IMG/VR virus record: IMGVR_UViG_3300013103_000024
Coordinates: 1-39,630 of that record
Length of the DNA: 39,630 bases
Direction: 5' to 3' (one strand)
Origin: a virus
The translations under genes were made by a program, and so were the position numbers. Under the pieces are notes generated by a model. The model searched no databases. It was not told where the DNA came from and saw nothing but the letters and a program-made list of their open reading frames with translations. Below, piece by piece: positions 9,085-16,897 of this stretch; the first letter of the stretch is position 1, and the number at the start of each line of letters is the position of its first letter.

Positions 9085-10071
9085 ATGACTGGACAAAGTA
9101 TGGGCAAAGAACTAGCTGATTATCTTCAGCCAGGTGTTGCGATTAGAAGAGTATATGAGGTTCTTGAACCAAATCTGAAATTTGCAGAATTCCTTGATGG
9201 ACCAATACAAGAAGATAGAGCGAGCTTTACATATATGTATGATGATGAAGGCACCAGTGCAGACACTAAAAAACAAACAGCACCATTACATATTGTAGGA
9301 GCTGATCTTCCACGCATTGACTTTGGGGTGCCTTCTGCAGGAACAGGGATTACCAGAGCAAAGGGGTTTGAGGTTGCTATTCCACGCAATATAATTAGAG
9401 AAGGAATTGCAGGCGAAGCTGCTGTTGCGAGAACATACCGGAAAGCAGGATATATTCTTGCACAACAGATGGATACGGCAATATTGACAGCAATGACTGC
9501 TGGTGCTGGTGCAGATCATACAATATTCGATGCTAATGTATCTGTATGGTCAGGTGCAGATGCAACACCGGTCACTGATTTAATGAATCTTGCACAGGAC
9601 TTTGATATTAAAGATGATGGATACAATTACAATCTTACCCGCGTATTCGTTAATAAGGCAGGATTTTATGAATTAAAGGAATATTTGAACTTCCTCGATG
9701 GTACACAATTCAATGATCAGCGACCTGTTGGGCAGATGATTGACCGTGATACAATATATGTCAAACAGGCAGATTTAACAGTACATCGAACAACTGGTTT
9801 AACTGATAGTTATATACTTGGATTAGATGAAGTTAACAGGGGTGCAGAAATGCACACATTTAGTGATCCACAATTTGCAATCCCGGGTTCAAAAATCAAA
9901 TATCCAACCATTGTAGATGGAAAGAAAGTAATAAAGACTGCACCAAACTTTGGATTGCATTTCTATACTTATATGGAAGATAGTACAAAGAACCAGATAC
10001 TTCAGTTCTGGTTTGAAGCACAAACTGTAGTAACGCAACCAAAAGCAATAGTATATACATCAGGTATTTAA
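9085..10071 (+). CDS. Major capsid protein (HK97 fold presumed)
   Basis: 328 aa, position, and pattern (E-loop-like GADLPRID, KAGYILAQQMDTAIL, C-terminal VTQPKAIV). Confidence 0.75.
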   Translation: MTGQSMGKELADYLQPGVAIRRVYEVLEPNLKFAEFLDGPIQEDRASFTYMYDDEGTSADTKKQTAPLHIVGADLPRIDFGVPSAGTGITRAKGFEVAIPRNIIREGIAGEAAVARTYRKAGYILAQQMDTAILTAMTAGAGADHTIFDANVSVWSGADATPVTDLMNLAQDFDIKDDGYNYNLTRVFVNKAGFYELKEYLNFLDGTQFNDQRPVGQMIDRDTIYVKQADLTVHRTTGLTDSYILGLDEVNRGAEMHTFSDPQFAIPGSKIKYPTIVDGKKVIKTAPNFGLHFYTYMEDSTKNQILQFWFEAQTVVTQPKAIVYTSGI

Positions 10072-10132
10072 TTAAATATTTTTTATTTTGGACTAATCTC
10101 AAGTACAATAATATATCAGGAGAAACATAATT

Positions 10133-10636
10133 ATGACATATACAGCAATTACAGCAAAAAAATTCAGGCAAAAAACAGGATCGCTTGCTGATAAAATTAC
10201 AACAGAATTTGGATTGATTGATACTGAGATCGATATGAATAAATCAAAATTCATCGATCTTACAAAAGGTCTTGGAACTGATACAGCTCTCGCGACATCT
10301 GGTATTGATCTGGCTTCAGGATCAGACATCACACGATATGGGTTTTTTTTCCCAGTTAATGTGACATTAATAAAGATGCATGATTACCTTAATGAAGCGT
10401 ATGTGAAAGATACGGATGATGCTAAAATTGAAGTTTATGATTCGTCTGGCACAAAACTGTTTGGTAGGACTCTTGCGGCTGATGGTGAAGATGTAAAGAC
10501 ATACACACAGACTGATCCAGAGGCGGCAGCAGTAAATGTTGCAGCTGGCACAGCATTTTATTTAAAAGCAACAAACACTGCCAGCAATTCTGGAACAGGT
10601 CATGCAAGTGTAATCATCGAATATGTAGAACGGTAA
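10133..10636 (+). CDS. Putative virion structural protein (beta-sandwich-like)
   Basis: 167-aa ORF with GGAG RBS immediately after the MCP. Confidence 0.55.
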   Translation: MTYTAITAKKFRQKTGSLADKITTEFGLIDTEIDMNKSKFIDLTKGLGTDTALATSGIDLASGSDITRYGFFFPVNVTLIKMHDYLNEAYVKDTDDAKIEVYDSSGTKLFGRTLAADGEDVKTYTQTDPEAAAVNVAAGTAFYLKATNTASNSGTGHASVIIEYVER

Positions 10637-10695
10637 TTAATCATGTTTTCCGAAGTTAGAACCGCTTTAGCGGCAGCGAGTACGGAGATAATATT

Positions 10696-11085
10696 ATGAG
10701 TGAAGTAAAGAGGGGAGCACTACAGTCTCCAGCAAACACAGCACGAACTTCCAACACAGTCGTGCGTCATGTGCAATGTATTGATGCATCGGGGAATGTG
10801 GTAGGGGGTGGATCAACACCATTTGATTACGAATCAGTAACCGTTACCAATACTGCAATTGGACTAACTGCTGCAACATATCTGGATGCAACCAGAGCAG
10901 AAATGACACTTGAAAATGCACAGATCCGCATCAGAGATGATGGTGTGAATCCCACATCCAGTGAGGGACATCCAGTTGAAGTTGGTGATATAATCAGCCT
11001 CACGTCTGCAGCACAGATTGCAGGATTTAAGGCAATCCGCACAGGCAGTACAAATGGCGTACTGAAAGTAACCTACTTCCACTGA
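10696..11085 (+). CDS. Putative virion structural protein
   Basis: 129-aa beta-rich ORF, GGAG RBS. Confidence 0.55.
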   Translation: MSEVKRGALQSPANTARTSNTVVRHVQCIDASGNVVGGGSTPFDYESVTVTNTAIGLTAATYLDATRAEMTLENAQIRIRDDGVNPTSSEGHPVEVGDIISLTSAAQIAGFKAIRTGSTNGVLKVTYFH

Positions 11086-11094
11086 GGTGATAAA

Positions 11095-11589
11095 ATGTTT
11101 GGGAATGAATCAATGATACAACGAGTATCGCCATGGTACACTGATGGGGAAATAATTCGCCTCAGGAATCCTGAGTTATCAGTATCTTTGAATGAAATTT
11201 ATATACTTACCACAGATGATGCGACTTTATCCGGCACACCAGTAATCATCCGCTTGCAAGCACCCGATGGCACATATTACTATACAAAAGCATATCCAAA
11301 TGCATCAGCAACAGCAAATGCCACCATAGATGATATAGGTATAGACATTAGAGGAATCAATGATGCAACATTATCAGGCACACCAAAAACCTTTGAAGTC
11401 ATCAGTAATGATACATCATATTATTTCAATGCATATCCAACAATATCAGCGGAATCAGTCAGCAGTCGTGGCATAACCCCAACACCAACACAATATAATC
11501 ATGCAACCCTTTCGGGAACACCACGTGTTGCATCAGCACAAATTAATAGTACAGATTACTATTGGAAAGTATACCCAACCAAATCATAA
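11095..11589 (+). CDS. Protein of three ~40-aa ATLSGTP...Y.K/NAYP repeats; paralog of the C-terminal domain of 15792-16859
   Basis: Three ATLSGTP units; GAGGTGA RBS; 33-nt exact match 11353-11385 = 16623-16655. Confidence 0.7.
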   Translation: MFGNESMIQRVSPWYTDGEIIRLRNPELSVSLNEIYILTTDDATLSGTPVIIRLQAPDGTYYYTKAYPNASATANATIDDIGIDIRGINDATLSGTPKTFEVISNDTSYYFNAYPTISAESVSSRGITPTPTQYNHATLSGTPRVASAQINSTDYYWKVYPTKS

Positions 11590-11614
11590 TAATAATAATA
11601 AGGAGAATATAATA

Positions 11615-11890
11615 ATGAAAGGATATCCAAGACGTATTGCAACTGTGCAGGACTTTAAAAACCTGCTTGCGATGGAAGAATATAAAGCACAGGCAATTGC
11701 AGACTTGAAGGCACTTTATGCCATCGATGATGCAAAAATAACAAGAGCAACCACGCTCATTGATGAGAACGACCCCGAAAAGGGATGGAATACAGAGATA
11801 ATCGACAATCCACTGCCACGTTGGAAACAGATAGGCTTCAAGTCAAGAAAAGCAGTAAAAGATTTAATTATAAAATCGGAGGAAAAGTAA
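11615..11890 (+). CDS. 91-aa protein (MKGYPRRIATVQDF...) directly upstream of the DGR target
   Basis: AGGAG RBS before ATG 11615 (the ORF track extends it to 11501); stop is 1 nt before the target ATG. Confidence 0.7.
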   Translation: MKGYPRRIATVQDFKNLLAMEEYKAQAIADLKALYAIDDAKITRATTLIDENDPEKGWNTEIIDNPLPRWKQIGFKSRKAVKDLIIKSEEK

Positions 11891-11891
11891 T

Positions 11892-13151
11892 ATGGCAAAC
11901 AGATCATTAACGAAAGATGTAAGTGATAATATCGTCGCAGGAGCTGTGATCGCAAACTTCTTCTTGAATAAGCGCGACCGTCTACTCGAAAATCACACAG
12001 ATCACGATAAAGTCACATTTAAGGGATCAAACGAGATTCCTTTGAAAATCGGTGATAACTGGTTTTTTTGTGATACAGATGTAAATATCAGCACAGCTAC
12101 TCACATGGACACGGGATCGGTTGCAAATGGTAAAGACTATTATGTTTATGCCTGCAATAATGCTGGCACGCTTGAATTTAAAATCAGTTTGAACTCAACT
12201 ACCCCAACCGGATTCACTGCAGCAAATAGCCGGAAGATTGGTGGCTTCCACACACTGTGCGCAGATGTCGGAACGATCAGTGGGCACGCACTTTCAGGAT
12301 ATGTAGCAAACGACATTTTACCAACATCGATTTGGGATTTGAAGCATCGTCCTATCTGTGAACCAGAGGGCATGGTCTACGATGAAGGCACTGGTATATG
12401 GGTAGACATCTACCTCGCGAGTGGAACCGGAGCCTCAACAGCATCCGTGTATGGTGCAACAATCACAGACTCCCGGAACTGGATGGACTTCGTGGATGAC
12501 GGGCATGCTGTGATGAAACAACTACTCACTGATGAGCAGTTTACATCTATTGCGACAGGTGCCCCCGAAGAAGCACATGTATGGAATCGAAGTGATCCAG
12601 TCACAGCGGGTGGACATTCTGCATATTTCTTACTAACACTTGACGTTGGCCCAGCTGTCGATTGGGCAGCAGGTGATACTATCACTGGAGGAACGAGTGG
12701 TGTGACTTGCACGGTTGTAGAATGTTTGACAAATACGACGTATGTTTGTAAAAATATTAGTGATGCTGCTGGATTTACAGATGGCGAAGTTCTCAGTAAT
12801 GGCGCAGAATCGGCAGATCAGGGGACAGGTTATCCAACGTGGGCAGCACATGCAATGGGTAGAAATGTTTCAAATATTGGGTGTGAAGATTGTGTTGGAG
12901 CAATGCATCAGTGGCTATTGACGCCTTCCGCCCGACTTGATGATGGCACAGCAGGTGGATGGTATGATCTGGCAGGTGGTAAGGGTAGCTTTTACACATA
13001 TGGCAATAATAAATATGGAAACACTCAGCTCCGTGCGGGCGGTGATTGGGACGATGGGGCGTATTGCGGGTCTCGGTGTCGGGATGCGTTTTTCTATCGT
13101 TGGGTTGCGGATTCGCATGTCGGGGCCCGGCTCGGTGCGAAACCGCAGTAA
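11892..13151 (+). CDS. DGR target protein: Mtd-like receptor-binding protein with C-terminal C-type-lectin-fold variable region
   Basis: Mtd-like motifs GKDYYVY, KIGGFH, SIWDL..RP, GM......WVDIYL, SNIGCEDC.G...QW, terminal RAGGDW...CGSR.R...GARLGA; VR covers codons 380-416. Confidence 0.92.
   Translation: MANRSLTKDVSDNIVAGAVIANFFLNKRDRLLENHTDHDKVTFKGSNEIPLKIGDNWFFCDTDVNISTATHMDTGSVANGKDYYVYACNNAGTLEFKISLNSTTPTGFTAANSRKIGGFHTLCADVGTISGHALSGYVANDILPTSIWDLKHRPICEPEGMVYDEGTGIWVDIYLASGTGASTASVYGATITDSRNWMDFVDDGHAVMKQLLTDEQFTSIATGAPEEAHVWNRSDPVTAGGHSAYFLLTLDVGPAVDWAAGDTITGGTSGVTCTVVECLTNTTYVCKNISDAAGFTDGEVLSNGAESADQGTGYPTWAAHAMGRNVSNIGCEDCVGAMHQWLLTPSARLDDGTAGGWYDLAGGKGSFYTYGNNKYGNTQLRAGGDWDDGAYCGSRCRDAFFYRWVADSHVGARLGAKPQ
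13029..13139 (+). repeat. DGR variable repeat (VR), 111 nt
   Basis: Ungapped alignment to 13240-13350 with 24 mismatches, all opposite TR adenines (17 G, 6 T, 1 C). Confidence 0.97.
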
Positions 13152-13195
13152 GCAAATTGCAATACGAGAATGGAGAACGAAAAACATGATAAAGG

Positions 13196-13213
13196 TGACA
13201 TAAAACTATGTCA
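13196..13213. other. 7-bp hairpin TGACATA-AAAC-TATGTCA between VR and TR (candidate DGR cis element)
   Basis: Perfect inverted repeat with 4-nt loop, 45 nt after the target stop. Confidence 0.4.
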
Positions 13214-13479
13214 TTGGTTGCGGGGTTATTTAAAGAACACTCCATGCGGGCAGTGATTGGAACAATGGGACGAATTGCAGGTCTCAGTGTCAGAATGCGA
13301 ATAACTATCGTTGGAATGCGAATTCGAATATCAGAGCCCAGCTCAGTGCAGATACAGGAAAATGCGGTGCGAAGCCAACTCCTGGCTGAATCCTTCAACC
13401 ATGCCGAAAGGCGAAACACACAACGGAGGGAACGACCAATTAGTACCACACTGGGAACGCTGGTCGTTCCGAAAACATC
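13214..13479 (+). ncRNA. Probable DGR template RNA (TR plus structured 3' spacer); boundaries approximate
   Basis: Spacer holds three hairpins: AGCCA/TGGCT 13373-13387, GCC-GAAA-GGC 13403-13412, and a 10-bp stem GGAACGACCA/TGGTCGTTCC 13429-13470. Confidence 0.6.
13240..13350 (+). repeat. DGR template repeat (TR), 111 nt
   Basis: AAT/AAC-rich copy of the VR; 32 adenines, 24 of them substituted in the VR; no non-A mismatch. Confidence 0.97.
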
Positions 13480-14502
13480 ATGAAACGACATGGCAACCTC
13501 TTCAAAAGCATAGCAGAACCCACAAACATCTACAGGGCGTACACGAAAGCAAGAAAGGGCAAGCGGTGGCAGGATACCGTGAAACGTTTTGAGCACAACT
13601 TGGATCACGACATAGAGGTGATCCACAATGCACTGACAGACAAGACTTTTACAACTTCTCCATATACTCAAAAAACTATTTATGAACCAAAAGAGCGGAT
13701 AATCTACAAACTCCCATTCAATCCCGATCGAATTGTACAACATTCATTAATGAACATTCTTGAACCAATCTGGGATGCCTTGATGATCCACGACAGTTAT
13801 GCATGTAGAACCGGGAAAGGCATCCACGCAGGCAGTCGCAGAACGATGGAATTTATCAGACAAGTTGGCAAACATGGATATTGCCTGAAGATGGACGTGA
13901 GAAGGTTCTACCCTTCGATCAATCACGATCTCATGCATGACATTGTAAAGCAGAAGATGAAATGCAAAAACACACTCTGGCTCCTGCATGACATCATTTA
14001 TAGCTTCGGGGGCGGCTACAACATCCCAATTGGAAATTACACGTCTCAATGGCTTGGTAACCTCTATATGAATGAACTTGACCAATTCTTAAAGCACGAG
14101 TACCACGTCAAAAATTACATTCGATACTGCGATGATATCATAATCCTGCACAAAAACAAAACATACCTCCGCGAGATAGCAGATATATCAACAGAGTTTC
14201 TATCCAACAATCTCGATATGACTTTTGGAAAATGTGACATATTCCCAATCTCGCAAGGCATAGATTTCTTAGGATACCGTCATTTCCCTGAAAAGATTCT
14301 CCTCCGAAAGTCCACAACGAAACGAGTAAAACGACGGCTGCAACTCCTGCCGTTCCTGTTTGAACGCAAGGAAATCACACGAGAACAGTTCTGCTCATCG
14401 ATAGCCTCAACGATGGGTTGGCTCAAACACGCAAATGCATACAACCTCTCCAACAGTCTCGGCATAAACCGGATGTGGGGTGATCAGTGTGCAGCAGGAT
14501 GA
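13480..14502 (+). CDS. DGR reverse transcriptase
   Basis: Motifs DRIVQH, SYACRTGKG.H, LKMDVRRFYPSI, IPIGNYTSQ (DGR-type GxxxSQ), RYCDD, IDFLGY; 340 aa with no maturase or endonuclease domain. Confidence 0.97.
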   Translation: MKRHGNLFKSIAEPTNIYRAYTKARKGKRWQDTVKRFEHNLDHDIEVIHNALTDKTFTTSPYTQKTIYEPKERIIYKLPFNPDRIVQHSLMNILEPIWDALMIHDSYACRTGKGIHAGSRRTMEFIRQVGKHGYCLKMDVRRFYPSINHDLMHDIVKQKMKCKNTLWLLHDIIYSFGGGYNIPIGNYTSQWLGNLYMNELDQFLKHEYHVKNYIRYCDDIIILHKNKTYLREIADISTEFLSNNLDMTFGKCDIFPISQGIDFLGYRHFPEKILLRKSTTKRVKRRLQLLPFLFERKEITREQFCSSIASTMGWLKHANAYNLSNSLGINRMWGDQCAAG

Positions 14503-14791
14503 ATACCCACGATTCAGAGATTTCGCAGACGAGACTACACCATTTGAAGGTGATAAAATGAAAATAGACGATTTGTTAAATAAAGAAATACTTATTCTTG
14601 GTTTCAAAGAACGGGACAGCAAACAAAAACAAGGTACATCCTACGTAACAATACAATTCAAACTTGATGGTAAAGAATACATCATGTTTACAGGGTCAAA
14701 AGTAATCACAGATCAATTACATAAATACGAAGAGAACATACCGTTCTATGCAACGATAAAGAAAATAGACAGATATTATACATTTTCATAG
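14480..14791 (+). CDS. Small beta-rich (OB-fold-like) protein overlapping the RT stop; candidate DGR accessory factor
   Basis: 103 aa, GTG start inside the RT 3' end; alternating beta pattern EILILGF, YVTIQF, YIMFTGS, PFYATI, YYTF. Confidence 0.7.
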   Translation: MISVQQDEYPRFRDFADETTPFEGDKMKIDDLLNKEILILGFKERDSKQKQGTSYVTIQFKLDGKEYIMFTGSKVITDQLHKYEENIPFYATIKKIDRYYTFS

Positions 14792-14800
14792 GAAATCATA

Positions 14801-14983
14801 ATGGACAAACAACAATTGAGTGATCACGATCTTTTAATTCGCATTGATGAACGCACAGAAAATATTGAAAAACAAATCGAAAATCATGCAATTCGTATCA
14901 GGCGAATTGAAACGTGGTTTTTACCAGTTCTTGCATTCCTCAGCATTATTATGCATAAGATTACGGAATGGTTTGGCAAATAG
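14801..14983 (+). CDS. Small coiled-coil protein with C-terminal membrane segment (XhlA-like)
   Basis: LLIRIDERTENIEKQ...RIRRIE then hydrophobic WFLPVLAFLSIIM. Confidence 0.55.
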   Translation: MDKQQLSDHDLLIRIDERTENIEKQIENHAIRIRRIETWFLPVLAFLSIIMHKITEWFGK

Positions 14984-15019
14984 TATAATATTAATTAATG
15001 AATACAGGAGGAATACTTC

Positions 15020-15367
15020 ATAACCACAACATATACTACACCAACACTTGTGAGAAAACTTGTTAAAAATATTAGTGATGAATTATTAGATGCAGACCTT
15101 GAGCAATATATTAATGAAGCTGAGATATTAATAAATAGCACGATGAAGTATTCTTTCATAGACACATTTGATGCAACAAAACATGCAATCCTTCGTTCGT
15201 GTGCCACAGATTTAGCAGCATTAAAAGCAATCACTTATGATCCGGGCACAACATTTTTAAATCTTGATGATGCAAAAGCAACACATGATTTTTTAACAGC
15301 ATCAGCTGATCGTAACTTAAAATTACTTGAAGATCCGAGAATAGTGGAGTATTTGAAAAGCTTATGA
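15020..15367 (+). CDS. Second head-tail adaptor-like protein; probable ATA start at 15020 (GTG at 15050 alternative)
   Basis: GGAGG at 15007-15011 sits 8 nt before in-frame ATA giving (M)TTTYTTPTLVRKL; in-frame stop at 14999 excludes an ATG. Confidence 0.55.
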   Translation: MTTTYTTPTLVRKLVKNISDELLDADLEQYINEAEILINSTMKYSFIDTFDATKHAILRSCATDLAALKAITYDPGTTFLNLDDAKATHDFLTASADRNLKLLEDPRIVEYLKSL

Positions 15368-15792
15368 ATACACATGATGAAATCCGAGCTGCTATAATTG
15401 CTACACTGAAAGCGGATGATGCAATAAATGCAGCAGTGAAAACGTGGCTCATTTACTTATTAGATCCTGGCAGAATCACATATCCAGCTATTTATGTTGG
15501 TACAATTACTCAACCATTTGAATGTGAATGTGGAACTGATAAACAATATACAAGTATTGCAAACCCAATGGAAATTACTGTGGGTGTTTTATCAGATTTT
15601 AATACAGATGCAACGGGTACGCTTGGTACAATTTATGAATTAGTATATGCAGCACTTAAAGCATCTCCGACACTGGGACTTTCTGATTTTTATATTCACA
15701 GTATAACTCCAATTACAACAAAACCATTATCAAAATGTGGCAGGGCAGTGATCAGAGCAGAACTCACACTTAATGCAACAGGAGAAACTTAA
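15364..15792 (+). CDS. Tail terminator/completion-like protein
   Basis: IRAAIIATLKAD..I......P....YPAIYVG pattern, 142 aa, position before tail genes. Confidence 0.6.
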   Translation: MNTHDEIRAAIIATLKADDAINAAVKTWLIYLLDPGRITYPAIYVGTITQPFECECGTDKQYTSIANPMEITVGVLSDFNTDATGTLGTIYELVYAALKASPTLGLSDFYIHSITPITTKPLSKCGRAVIRAELTLNATGET

Positions 15793-16859
15793 TGATTGAA
15801 ACATCAACTTATAAGAAAAGACTCTTTGAGTTTTATGAACTGTATCACGAAAGTCGAACTAATATATCAGGGACAACAATAACTGTTGATGGAAAAAACC
15901 CACATGCTGATGTGATAGCATCTTCAGGACACAAATTAAAACGAACACGAGTGTATGTGAATGGCATAAGGGCAACAATAACAGAAGTTGCTGCCAACGG
16001 AGCAAATACAGACATTTCAGTATTAGATACAATTACATTAGGGGATATTGTAGACATATATCTTGCCACAAATACGGGAACACTTGCTAATAACACTGGC
16101 ACTGGAAAATTTCCATTAGTTGAATTACAAACAATTCAAAATTACGGTGTTAAAACTAATAGTTTTGATCAAGTTTGTTTTGGGTCCGGACGCAAAGAAT
16201 TTAGAAGATTTGAATCAGATGGCGTGGCATTACTCGGCACAAATCGCAGAGGAAATAACAACTTCAAAAATTTCATAATGGCACGACAGAATGGAACATA
16301 CCTGATGATCCTTGTAAAAGATTCTACTAATTTAAATATAATTTATGACATTCTCCATGAAGTAAGAGTTGAATCTTATAAAAGATTAACACGATCCATT
16401 GAAACAAAAGATGGAATAATAACAGATTTGATTACATTTCGTTTTGTTCCAGAAGTATCAACAACTGCTGCACTTCAGCATGCAACATCATTTGATGATA
16501 CAACTTTATCTGGCACGCCAACAATTATAAAATTCCAGAACCCGGATTACTTCGCAAAAGTGTATCCAACCGCTTCAGTAACAGCAAACGAAGTATCTGA
16601 TCCAATCGGGACTGACGTTCTTGGAATCAATGATGCAACATTATCAGGCACACCATTAGTTGCAGAGATAATAAGTGGTGAAACTAAATATTATATAAAA
16701 GTGTATCCAACCATATCAGCCGAAGTTGTTGCAAGTACGGGGATTGTTCTATCTCCCGTATTTCATTCTAATGCAACCCTTTTAGGTACACCAAGAATCT
16801 TAGCCATTCCAATCAATGGAACAAATCAATACATTAAAGGATACCCCCATAAGGTATAA
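15792..16859 (+). CDS. Tail-tube-like protein paralog 1 with C-terminal triple ATLSGTP repeat domain
   Basis: First ~220 aa paralogous to 16898-17581 and 17593-18297; last ~125 aa paralogous to 11095-11589. Confidence 0.55.
   Translation: MIETSTYKKRLFEFYELYHESRTNISGTTITVDGKNPHADVIASSGHKLKRTRVYVNGIRATITEVAANGANTDISVLDTITLGDIVDIYLATNTGTLANNTGTGKFPLVELQTIQNYGVKTNSFDQVCFGSGRKEFRRFESDGVALLGTNRRGNNNFKNFIMARQNGTYLMILVKDSTNLNIIYDILHEVRVESYKRLTRSIETKDGIITDLITFRFVPEVSTTAALQHATSFDDTTLSGTPTIIKFQNPDYFAKVYPTASVTANEVSDPIGTDVLGINDATLSGTPLVAEIISGETKYYIKVYPTISAEVVASTGIVLSPVFHSNATLLGTPRILAIPINGTNQYIKGYPHKV
15890..15991 (+). repeat. 102-nt perfect direct repeat, copy 1 (copy 2 at 16996-17097)
   Basis: Direct comparison; a second identical 41-nt block at 15810-15850 / 16916-16956. 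Confidence 0.95.
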
Positions 16860-16897
16860 GTATATATTCAATGAAGTATAATAAAGGAGATAAATAG

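Larger units (their letters stand above)
11892..14791 (+). mobile_element. Diversity-generating retroelement cassette (target-VR, TR, RT, candidate accessory gene)
   Basis: VR/TR pair with adenine-only mismatches, adjacent to a DGR-type RT. Confidence 0.97.

Noticed and set aside
10642-10698. 18-codon mini-ORF MFSEVRTALAAASTEIIL resembling the start of the next gene, with a small CCGCT/AGCGG hairpin
   Set aside because: Too short; the similarity could be chance.
13208-13483. 91-aa ORF across the TR as a possible Avd
   Set aside because: It is an alternative-frame reading of the TR. Its similarity to ORF 12937-13203 is just the VR/TR repeat, and it has no helical-bundle pattern. A translated TR ORF cannot be fully excluded.
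12793-13743. 316-aa minus-strand ORF
   Set aside because: Antisense shadow over target, TR and RT; no RBS or recognisable motifs.
13480-14502. Group II intron, retron or Abi RT
   Set aside because: No maturase or endonuclease domain and no intron structure; GxxxSQ motif and the adjacent A-specific repeat pair indicate a DGR.
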